From the IMG/VR virus record IMGVR_UViG_3300029288_000055, positions 64,001 through 128,000 of that record: DNA of 64,000 bases. The stretch is one strand, 5' to 3'. Positions 39,761-48,286 of this stretch are shown one piece after another. The notes under the pieces were generated by a model, which was not told the origin of the DNA, searched no databases, and saw only the letters and a list, made by a program, of their open reading frames with translations. The DNA is from a virus. Lineage: Duplodnaviria > Heunggongvirae > Uroviricota > Caudoviricetes. Each line of letters opens with the position of its first letter. Position 1 is the stretch's first letter. The position numbers and the translations under genes are program-made.

Positions 39761-39890
39761 GAAAATGGACAGTTTGTTTGTTATTTTTGTTTACAATGAT
39801 GGGGTTTCGACACCCCGACCTTCTGCTTTAAATGCGGACGCTCTACACTGAGCTAATTATTTACTGTAATAACAAACCGTTTCCATTTCT
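39761..39890 (-). ncRNA. Carrier-stem RNA module A containing a degenerate full tRNA body (anticodon position TTA)
   Basis: GAAATGGA/TCCATTTT and GTTTGTTATT/AATAACAAAC stems enclose TA-GCTC-AGTGTA-GAGC-G-TCCGC-ATTTAAA-GCAGA-AGGTC-GGGGT-GTCGAA-ACCCC. Confidence 0.75.
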
Positions 39891-39893
39891 TTG

Positions 39894-40030
39894 TGGGGAA
39901 GGGTGAGACTGAGTCACCATACAACTGTTTTACTGACAATTTGCTGTACCTTTTTCTGTAAACACAATCAGTTCTCCAGTAAGGAGTATTACGATTATAT
40001 TTTTTGAATTTTTATTCGCATACTTCCCCA
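39894..40030 (-). ncRNA. Stem-closed module E (first in array)
   Basis: TGGGGAAG/CTTCCCCA outer stem; internal GAGAACTG...TTTACAG similar to module C. Confidence 0.45.
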
Positions 40031-40074
40031 TTTTAAATTTCATTTTTACAAAGAACATTTGTCCTAAGACGATG

Positions 40075-40105
40075 CAAACATAATACACATTTTTTTAATG
40101 TGCAA
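40075..40105 (-). promoter_or_regulatory. Bacteroidota-type promoter driving the ncRNA array
   Basis: Minus strand TTGCAC...TATGTTTG (TAnnTTTG); a GTATTTAT motif also lies at 40163-40170. Confidence 0.6.
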
Positions 40106-40209
40106 GTATTTTCCAAAATATTTTTAAAAAAAATTTATTTCCGTGCAATCGTATTCGGATTAATAAATACACAATTTTTTTAAAAAAGTTACAAATTAAT
40201 GAAAATATT

Positions 40210-43200
40210 TTATTTTTTCTTCATTAAATTTTGATGAATTTCTGCTAATTTTAATCTTTCATGCATCGTCATATGCTCAGTAGATGGTTCATCAGGATTT
40301 TTCATATTTTTTTCTGCTTCTTCAATTTCTTCTCTACTTAAAATAATTTTTTCTTTTGGGGGTGAATATGATCGATTATTTTTATTTATTTCGTCATATT
40401 TTTGTACAATTCCTTCAGCAATTATTTCCTTTGGCAATGAAATATCTTCCAATTTTATTTCAATTTCATTCGTTTTTACAGTTTCAGTCTTTCCACTCCA
40501 ATCCAATAAATCATCTTTTTTTGGTGGATTTGTAATATTATTTACACCCTCATTTACAGCATCAGTTACAGCATCATTTTCATCTATTTCAATTAATCCA
40601 TCATCATTTTCAGTTTCATTTAATGCTTCTTTGGCAATATCATATATTTGTTTTATTTCATTTATAGATTGATCAGTTCTGGTTGTTTCAATATGCATAT
40701 TTATAATTTCAGCATCTTTTTTTTCAGTAATTTTTTCAAATTGTTTTAAATCAACAGGGTCATCATTAATTGTTGGGTCATTTACCATTTCAGTTAAACT
40801 TATCACACGCTTATTTATTGCAGCATGCATATCAATATCAGATGACTTTTTTATTATTTCATTTGCAGTATTGTTTATTTCATTAACATCTTCGGAATCA
40901 TGATGCTTCAGTATTGTTCTTACAGGATATCTTTTATCTTCAATTATAATTTGCATTGTATCATTATTAAAAATACAGTCAGTAAATGTTTGTCCATCTT
41001 GTGCGAATCTTGCTTTAATAATACGTATACTTGCAAGATTTGCTTCTTTTTGATCTGCAGTCTTTGCAACACTCATAAAAAAATGTGCTTTTTGTACTCT
41101 TTTAATGCTTCCACCAGATTGATATGCTTCCACATATTCCGCATTAAAACCACTACGATTGGTTTGTATTGCTGTCCATGCAGGTATATCAAAATCAGCA
41201 GCCAATGCTTCAAAAGATTTTATTATTACAAGTTCAGCTTCGTTTCTGTCTGGTGTTTTTTTATGTGATTCAAGACAATCCAAATAATCAAGAACTAATA
41301 TATCAAATTTATATCCATACTTTTTTTGATGTCTAAGCATCCAAGAACGAATATCCATCATTGTGGTATTCTCCTGACTAAATCTTTTTATAATAAGGTT
41401 ACCCTTACCTACCATTTCACTGGCTTTCTTATATGTAAGTTGTTTTACCAATTCACAATTTTCGTCAGTTTTACTTAATGCTATATTTGACCATATAGTA
41501 AAATGTTTACGTTGAATCTGTTCTTTAGTATCTTCAAATATTATCTGGCAAACATTTTTACATTCATCATATGCAGTATTTGCAATCTTGGTTAAAAGAG
41601 TTGTATTATGTGTTAAAATATAATCATCGATAACATATAAATGATTTTTATTTTCAACATATATACATTGTGCTTCTTCTTCATGAGAATATGAAATATT
41701 TGATATATATTTATTGAATTTATATTTATCTCTATATACAACACGATCTTGCTTTCTTTTTAAAAAAAATGGTTTTATTTCATCATTTAAAAATGATATT
41801 GTTAAAATATAAGATTTTTGTCCAATTTTAATTTCATTCTTATATTTATATTTTGGTAATTTTTCACACATACGACAAAATCCACCTAATGATAACACTA
41901 ATTCTCTAACATCATATACTAAATCTTTTGATGCCGTGGTAAATTGTATTCTTCCAGATTTTGAAGTGTATCCATCAGTATCCATCAATCCTTGTAACAA
42001 CGATATTCTATCCTCAATTGATGAATATAAATATTCTTTTGGAATAAATTTTTTGTTAGAAGTAACATTAAGTTTCAAATCTTTAATTAATTCATATAAT
42101 TTATTTTTTTTACCTTTTTTGCCAGTTATCGAATAGGATATAGTCTTAGAAATTTGTTTTAATGATAAATCTTCATATTGATCATTAATGATATTATTAA
42201 TACGATTAATAATATCATCATCAATTGATGTAAATCTTATTGAAGATTGAGTTAAACCACCATCACCAATTAATGCACCTAATAAATATGAGTTTATTAA
42301 TAATTCTTTTTTATTAAATTCTACGGCTTTAACAATTGGTATTCTATAATTTAATTTTTTATGATTTTTATTATAAATCACATAATTTTTAATTAATTCT
42401 TTTGTTGTAATTGGATTATATGAAAAATCGGGTGTTTTTATATGTTTTGGTTTACCATCAATATAATGTGTAGTATTTGCAGTACGTTGATTTAAAGAAT
42501 TGACTGACCATATGTGTTCTTCATCACAATATGCTGTCGTTTGGTCGTTAAATTCTATTTTATATATTGGTCTCTTGCCTTGTGGATAAACGCCCAATAC
42601 TTTTGTTGGTCTACCATCACTGCCTACAACCAAATCATTTAATTTAACATCACCCATTTTAATCCAACCTTCAGGAGTTAATAAATTAGCTGATAACGGT
42701 AAGCTCTTACCAACACCTGAAGGAGTTAATATAACACCAATTTCACCTTTTCCTAAACCACCACCTGTAAGAGTATCAATTACACCAACGCCAGTAGCTA
42801 TTGTTTGACGAAACTCTTTTCTTAATGCATGATCAATATTATCAAATACACTTATGCCATAATCTTCTTCATCGCCAATATGTTGAATTTTATGAAATTT
42901 TTCTTCAATTGAAGCAATTGTAGTTTTTTTTCTAATATCACCATTTTTTGTCGATGTAATAATAAACTCTCCAGTCTTTCGATACTCCTGTTGTTTAATA
43001 AAATTGGTTGTTTCAGTTCTAATTACATCGCCATCATGCAATATTTGTTTATTAAGAACTCTTTCATTCCACATTTCGATTCGCTTAATTACAGCAAATA
43101 AAGATTCTTCCTCAATAATATTATTGGGAGTTTTATAAGTATTAATTGCCTGTAATATGCTTTGATTCTGAAGATTTGGAACTTTTCCGTGTGCTTTATA

Positions 43201-43377
43201 GAATTCAAGTATTATAATAAAAAGTCTTTTAAGATTTGGGTCATCAAAATATTCAACTGCTAAATTTGGAATTGTTTTTTCTGCAAATTCTGGTTCGACC
43301 AGTAATTGCCACATCAAACGTTGTTGAAATTCGGGACCTAAGTATGCAGTTAGTGTATATTCAGTATTTTCAGCCAT
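40210..43377 (-). CDS. dnaB: DnaB/gp41-like replicative helicase, intein-interrupted, with long acidic C-terminal tail
   Basis: Walker A PSGVGK|TT split by the intein; LVLDYLD, TAIQTNR, KARF. Confidence 0.9.
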   Translation of the reverse strand: MAENTEYTLTAYLGPEFQQRLMWQLLVEPEFAEKTIPNLAVEYFDDPNLKRLFIIILEFYKAHGKVPNLQNQSILQAINTYKTPNNIIEEESLFAVIKRIEMWNERVLNKQILHDGDVIRTETTNFIKQQEYRKTGEFIITSTKNGDIRKKTTIASIEEKFHKIQHIGDEEDYGISVFDNIDHALRKEFRQTIATGVGVIDTLTGGGLGKGEIGVILTPSGVGKSLPLSANLLTPEGWIKMGDVKLNDLVVGSDGRPTKVLGVYPQGKRPIYKIEFNDQTTAYCDEEHIWSVNSLNQRTANTTHYIDGKPKHIKTPDFSYNPITTKELIKNYVIYNKNHKKLNYRIPIVKAVEFNKKELLINSYLLGALIGDGGLTQSSIRFTSIDDDIINRINNIINDQYEDLSLKQISKTISYSITGKKGKKNKLYELIKDLKLNVTSNKKFIPKEYLYSSIEDRISLLQGLMDTDGYTSKSGRIQFTTASKDLVYDVRELVLSLGGFCRMCEKLPKYKYKNEIKIGQKSYILTISFLNDEIKPFFLKRKQDRVVYRDKYKFNKYISNISYSHEEEAQCIYVENKNHLYVIDDYILTHNTTLLTKIANTAYDECKNVCQIIFEDTKEQIQRKHFTIWSNIALSKTDENCELVKQLTYKKASEMVGKGNLIIKRFSQENTTMMDIRSWMLRHQKKYGYKFDILVLDYLDCLESHKKTPDRNEAELVIIKSFEALAADFDIPAWTAIQTNRSGFNAEYVEAYQSGGSIKRVQKAHFFMSVAKTADQKEANLASIRIIKARFAQDGQTFTDCIFNNDTMQIIIEDKRYPVRTILKHHDSEDVNEINNTANEIIKKSSDIDMHAAINKRVISLTEMVNDPTINDDPVDLKQFEKITEKKDAEIINMHIETTRTDQSINEIKQIYDIAKEALNETENDDGLIEIDENDAVTDAVNEGVNNITNPPKKDDLLDWSGKTETVKTNEIEIKLEDISLPKEIIAEGIVQKYDEINKNNRSYSPPKEKIILSREEIEEAEKNMKNPDEPSTEHMTMHERLKLAEIHQNLMKKK
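41605..42705 (-). mobile_element. Intein with LAGLIDADG endonuclease (367 aa)
   Basis: Begins SLPLSANLLTPEGW and ends YILTHN before T; LLGALIGDG and LLQGLMDTDG blocks. Confidence 0.92.
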
Positions 43378-43400
43378 TTAAATTTGTTTATTAAAAGAAA

Positions 43401-43471
43401 GCAGTTGTTGGAGTAGAAACACAATATTAACCAAGTATGAGTACACAAACAAAGATACTTCCAACAACTGC
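43401..43471 (-). promoter_or_regulatory. 12-bp inverted repeat in helicase leader
   Basis: GCAGTTGTTGGA/TCCAACAACTGC with a ~47-nt loop, followed by TTTCTTTT on the minus strand. Confidence 0.45.
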
Positions 43472-43487
43472 CCAAGTAATTTTAGAC

Positions 43488-44102
43488 TTAATTACGTCTA
43501 ATTCGTCTCAGCATTTCCTCTCTTTTAGCAGGAGAAAGTTCTCTGATTTGGTTGATCGATAATCCTTTAATATTGATTAGGTCATAATCGTCCCACATGT
43601 TTTTAACATCCGTATGCAAGATTTTTGCCCAGATATTGTCTGCAATATTCGATACTTCATCAACTATTTCGGTTGACCAACGTGCTATTGGATTAAAACC
43701 GTCAACATAAAAAGTTCTTTCAACAATAGGTTTATTGTTAATATAAAAGCCAATCTTACACTCAACGCCTCTGATTGTTTTTTCCTCAATCTGTTGAACG
43801 ATTGGTTGCGGACTATAATACATTCCATCTCTTTGTTCTTTTGGATAAGCATTTACCATAGTTTGATAATACCCAAATAAACCATATGCTTTGGTTTTAC
43901 TTATATTAAATGATGTATTATAATTTCTTCTGGAAAGTGTTTTTTGCAAACGAGTGATTGTACGTGGTAAAATATCCCTAATATCAATTGAATATCTTGT
44001 GAAGGGATTAAATTGATCTGCATCAAATATTTTTTCGCACAATAAAACATTTTCCTGATACAGTGAAAATCTAAACATATTACTGCGTTCTTTTTCGTTC
44101 AT
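43488..44102 (-). CDS. Hypothetical protein (start revised to MNEKERS)
   Basis: ORF in the replication cluster; TATATTTG promoter-like element at 44136-44143. Confidence 0.6.
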   Translation of the reverse strand: MNEKERSNMFRFSLYQENVLLCEKIFDADQFNPFTRYSIDIRDILPRTITRLQKTLSRRNYNTSFNISKTKAYGLFGYYQTMVNAYPKEQRDGMYYSPQPIVQQIEEKTIRGVECKIGFYINNKPIVERTFYVDGFNPIARWSTEIVDEVSNIADNIWAKILHTDVKNMWDDYDLINIKGLSINQIRELSPAKREEMLRRIRRN

Positions 44103-44172
44103 TTTTATAATTTTTAAATTGTTAATAAACCAATACAAATATATATACTATCCACCGTAAGTGGAAGACTTT

Positions 44173-45225
44173 TTATAAACTTTTCCTTTTGTTTTTACGA
44201 TACTCTGTAAGTAGCTCTCTTTCTGCTGAAACAACAGTATAAAATGGTTCAATATAATTAACATATGTGCTACCATATACTGTTAAAAATTCATCTTCTG
44301 TCATCATTGGTAGTAAATTTCTACTACCTCTGTCACCCATAGTTAAAGATGCATCTAAATCTTTTAATGCTTCTCTTGCCTGATCAGTAAGCAATGGTTG
44401 TCTTAAATTAACCAATTGAAAATTCATTTTTAATCTATCAATATTATTTAATAAATTTTCAAGTGCTTTTAATGGTTTCTTTTTATTTAAAACTCTTTCT
44501 TTATTTATTTCATCAGCTTTCTTACAAATTTCCCTTACTGTCATGTGTTTATATTTCAGTTCAGGAAAATGTTTCAAAAGAGTATCTTCTCCCATGCCTT
44601 CAATGCCTTTAACATTATCTGATGTATCACCACAAATTATTTTTAATATCAATGCATTTGAATAATAATGATTAAAATGCATCATATAATTTGTACTATT
44701 TACTGGCACTGAAATGTTTGGAAATAATATTGTAATATTTAAATCCAACAATTGTGCAAAGTCTCTATCATTTGAGTATAAAAGAATTTCTTCAATATTA
44801 TTATGATCAATACAATATGCTGCAATTAAATCATCTGCTTCAACATCATCAATCTCAATTTGCCTTAAAAATAATTCTTCCGCATATGCTTGTATTCTCA
44901 ATCTTTGTTTTAAAATTGATTGTTCTTTTTCTCTTTCTTTACGAATTTCAGCAGCAGTTAATTCAATTCTTCTATACCATTCCTTAGTTTTGCGATTAGC
45001 TTTATATTCTTTATCAATACGATGACGTTGAATACCACCACCTTCACCATCCCAAACAAGAACTACTTTATTAATCATATGCTCTTTAATCACTTTACGA
45101 ACGGTTGTCAGAAATTGATACAAACCCCCAATATGTCCAAATTTTGGAGTATATGTATCTTTTGCTCCATGATAAGAACGTTGTAAAAGATATGATGCAT
45201 CAACTAATAGAGTACGAATTTTCAT
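44173..45225 (-). CDS. 5'-3' exonuclease / T4 RNase H-like flap endonuclease
   Basis: LLVDAS, WDG, YKANR, EADDLIA, SNDRDF, GDTSDNVKGIEGMG. Confidence 0.92.
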   Translation of the reverse strand: MKIRTLLVDASYLLQRSYHGAKDTYTPKFGHIGGLYQFLTTVRKVIKEHMINKVVLVWDGEGGGIQRHRIDKEYKANRKTKEWYRRIELTAAEIRKEREKEQSILKQRLRIQAYAEELFLRQIEIDDVEADDLIAAYCIDHNNIEEILLYSNDRDFAQLLDLNITILFPNISVPVNSTNYMMHFNHYYSNALILKIICGDTSDNVKGIEGMGEDTLLKHFPELKYKHMTVREICKKADEINKERVLNKKKPLKALENLLNNIDRLKMNFQLVNLRQPLLTDQAREALKDLDASLTMGDRGSRNLLPMMTEDEFLTVYGSTYVNYIEPFYTVVSAERELLTEYRKNKRKSL

Positions 45226-46370
45226 TCTTCTGGTTGTGTTTCACTTCTTTCAACTATTTCATCTTCAAATGAAATTTTACCGTTAGCATCGATATTTTTT
45301 GTCGATAATGTAACTTCATCAGCATTAATAGTATCATCTTCAAATAAATTGCGAAAATACAATATATTTTTCTTTTTGAATGCATCTACATCGTCAGGAG
45401 AAACAAAGCCAAGCGGTGTTGAAATAATTGTACCTTGCATTGATATGCCACCAAGAGGACCGTCCACATGGTTTTTTGCAACACTAATTTTGGTTTCAAT
45501 ACCATAACTAACAGTACGTTTTTTGCTGTCAGCAGTTGCAGCTTTTGTTCCATGTGTTACAATACCGCCAAAATGATAAATAAGTCTTGCACCAAGATTC
45601 CATGTTTCACCACCTTTATGTTTAACAACACCTTTATTCATATTGTCAATCCAAATTTTCTGGGTTGCAACAACAGTATTAGTATATGGTCTATTGATTT
45701 TTCTACTACTTGGAATAGTATTATTAAGTAAATACATAAATGCTTTTTCATATGCACCCGCATTCCACATATTATTATTTGCTTCATCTTTTTCAGCAGC
45801 ATTAATTGTTTTAATACAATTCAAAGTACCTATTGAATCGATTGCAAATAATAAATCGTATGGTAAATCACCATTTGCTTGCATATCAAGAAAATAATAA
45901 AAACATTTTGCAAGGTCTTCAATTGCAGCTTCTTTTCTGTCTTTGTCTTGTACAATACCAAAATTTTTAAGAAGATAATCATTATCAATTCTAATATAAT
46001 TATCAAAATCAAATCCCAATTCAGTTAATCTGTAACTACCTTTTCCCATATTGTTTTCAGTATCAATAAGAATTGGTAAAATACCCATTTTTTGTGATGT
46101 TACAAGTACTTCACAAATAGCAGTTGATTTACCAGTATTGGTATGTCCACGAACTTGATTAACATAACCCTTAGCAAAACCGGGTAAACCACATGCCTTT
46201 TTAAATCCATCTGACATTTGTATCCAAATTAATGGTTTGTCTGGTACATCATCTACCTTTGCTTTTTTCTTAAAATTATCGAGCGAAAAAGTTTTTTTAG
46301 CAACAGGTTTTCTCATTTTATTATTAGCGGGAACGTTTTCTTCGTCTATGTGTAATAATTCTTTTGACAT
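45222..46370 (-). CDS. recA: RecA/UvsX-like recombinase
   Basis: GHTNTGKST, LIDTEN, AIDSIG, GGE, KNH. Confidence 0.8.
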   Translation of the reverse strand: MSKELLHIDEENVPANNKMRKPVAKKTFSLDNFKKKAKVDDVPDKPLIWIQMSDGFKKACGLPGFAKGYVNQVRGHTNTGKSTAICEVLVTSQKMGILPILIDTENNMGKGSYRLTELGFDFDNYIRIDNDYLLKNFGIVQDKDRKEAAIEDLAKCFYYFLDMQANGDLPYDLLFAIDSIGTLNCIKTINAAEKDEANNNMWNAGAYEKAFMYLLNNTIPSSRKINRPYTNTVVATQKIWIDNMNKGVVKHKGGETWNLGARLIYHFGGIVTHGTKAATADSKKRTVSYGIETKISVAKNHVDGPLGGISMQGTIISTPLGFVSPDDVDAFKKKNILYFRNLFEDDTINADEVTLSTKNIDANGKISFEDEIVERSETQPEE

Positions 46371-46381
46371 GTTAATTATTT

Positions 46382-46873
46382 TTAATAAATCAATTTTAAT
46401 TTTTCAATAAATTCTAAATGTTTTCTTTTTGTGTCTAACACTTCACCATTTTTTGTTTCAAAAATTAAAGAATTTTCATTTAATATTAAATATCGATGAA
46501 TAAATCGATGAAAATTTTTATCTAATATAATTACATCTTCAATTAAAGAATAATTCCAGTGATGCGCATTTTTGTCTGAAGGTAATTTTAAGTCACGTGA
46601 AAGATTTTTATATTTACCATTTTTATATATTTTTAATTTGTTTTGTTCAAATTGTAATTCTTTATAGTTTAGACGATAATATTTTTCTTGACTTCTTAAT
46701 CTTTCTTTTTCACAAAATTCTTTAGAATTTTTTCGTAATGTTTTTTCTCGTATATTTGCTACTTCTTTACAACATTCTTTACACTTATTTAAATGTCCAT
46801 CCCGCATTTGGGGATGGACATAAAAATCATTCAATTCTTTATCGTTTCCACATCTAATACATCTTTTTTTCAT
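46382..46873 (-). CDS. Zn-finger/HNH-like endonuclease
   Basis: CIRC...CKEC and AHHWNYS...HRFIH. Confidence 0.6.
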   Translation of the reverse strand: MKKRCIRCGNDKELNDFYVHPQMRDGHLNKCKECCKEVANIREKTLRKNSKEFCEKERLRSQEKYYRLNYKELQFEQNKLKIYKNGKYKNLSRDLKLPSDKNAHHWNYSLIEDVIILDKNFHRFIHRYLILNENSLIFETKNGEVLDTKRKHLEFIEKLKLIY

Positions 46874-46905
46874 TTTTTACGATAACTAATTGATAGTTAA
46901 TCAGA

Positions 46906-48147
46906 TCAAAAGGGAAGATCATCATATTCATTACCGCCACTACTACTACCTTCATTTTCTGGTGCTGTTTCAGCAGCAGGTGCAGATGCTTGAGCAGGTG
47001 CAGATTTTAATGCTGATTCGCCAACGTTTACTGCATCATCAGTATATGTACCAACCTTATCAGGGGTAATATTACTAATTGTAACACGTGGATATTCTTC
47101 ATCAATCAAATCTGATGCCTGTTCAAATGCTGCATCTTCATCTGCGTCAAGATTACGGTTACGAGTATTAGCTGCTTCTTCCAAATCAGGACGACCCGGG
47201 AACACCCAATGTTTGTTGTTTGCATCAGTATCATCCCAATAAGGATTAGTACCATTTGCCACAGCTTCAAGAAATTCATAAGGTGGCATACCCGGTGCTT
47301 GTTTTGGCTTAAATACTTCTCTCCAATTGATATTATCTTCAAGCCACTGTTGCATAACGAGAGCGTCAGCATGAAGCGGTGACTTGCCACGGAAAGTAAT
47401 TGCAGATATCTGTTTGTATACATGACCATTAAATTCACTATCAGACATAGTAATACTTAAATCAGTTCCGATTTTAATGTCTGAAAAATCTGCCTGATTA
47501 ATCTCCATATATTCTTTCAATATAGGAAGTAACTTATCAAGAGTACCTTGATTTTTAAAGTTGTGCTTAAATCTCCAGAATTTAACACCGTCTTTTTCAG
47601 CACCTTTGTCAATTCCACGAACTATGTAGAATTTTTTTGCTTCCCACTTATTAGCTTCTGTAAAGATTGCTCTATTTTTTTCGTAGATTACTAATTCATC
47701 TGCATTTAGAGTTTCTTTCTTTCTACCTTTTAATGAAGGATTCTGCTGTGCAAGCATTTTCTTTGCTTTGTCACATAATGGACATGGAGCAGGAATCATG
47801 ATAGGTTGACCATTTGTATCAAAACATGGTTTATCATTTGCCATTTTTTGAACCTTTTGATCATTGTGGGCAGGACAATAGATAACTGTGCCGTGTTTTT
47901 TCTTTCCCCCTGATGCATTTGTTGGAGCAACATGGAAGAATGCTTCTTCAATGTGTTTCTTGTTTGGTTTTGGAGGGAGAATTCTGAAAATCTCTTTGTT
48001 TTTACGAGGAACGAAATACTTCGCTAAGATTTCCTCACTTGTTCTACGCTTTTTTTGATTTTGTTTGTTCTGATAATCAGAAAACATTTCTTTCAATTTT
48101 GACAAATCGCCACCTTGTGGGTTTGTCACACTTTCATTTTGTGCCAT
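46906..48147 (-). CDS. gp32-like single-stranded DNA-binding protein
   Basis: FRILPP, HV, YCP...CPLC, acidic tail ending DDLPF; adjacent to recA. Confidence 0.78.
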   Translation of the reverse strand: MAQNESVTNPQGGDLSKLKEMFSDYQNKQNQKKRRTSEEILAKYFVPRKNKEIFRILPPKPNKKHIEEAFFHVAPTNASGGKKKHGTVIYCPAHNDQKVQKMANDKPCFDTNGQPIMIPAPCPLCDKAKKMLAQQNPSLKGRKKETLNADELVIYEKNRAIFTEANKWEAKKFYIVRGIDKGAEKDGVKFWRFKHNFKNQGTLDKLLPILKEYMEINQADFSDIKIGTDLSITMSDSEFNGHVYKQISAITFRGKSPLHADALVMQQWLEDNINWREVFKPKQAPGMPPYEFLEAVANGTNPYWDDTDANNKHWVFPGRPDLEEAANTRNRNLDADEDAAFEQASDLIDEEYPRVTISNITPDKVGTYTDDAVNVGESALKSAPAQASAPAAETAPENEGSSSGGNEYDDLPF

Positions 48148-48198
48148 TTTAATAAAATTTTACAGTAAAGTTATTTTTCAATTATAAAAATTGTGCTA

Positions 48199-48229
48199 CA
48201 AATATAGCCTTCATTTTCTATAAATACAA
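48199..48229 (-). promoter_or_regulatory. Bacteroidota-type promoter overlapping a GTATTTAT motif
   Basis: Minus strand TTG-20 nt-TATATTTG. Confidence 0.55.
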
Positions 48230-48286
48230 GACTTTTTTTATTTAGACTAAATAAAAATAAAATTTTTTATCTTTTTTTATAAAATT

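Noticed and set aside
39761-39890. Stop-codon reassignment via a TTA suppressor tRNA
   Set aside because: Long ORFs are intact in the standard code and end at TAA; the element lacks a free acceptor end
38789-40030. CRISPR array interpretation (ATTGAAAC occurs in module D)
   Set aside because: Single occurrence; no identical direct repeats with regular spacers; no cas genes in the window
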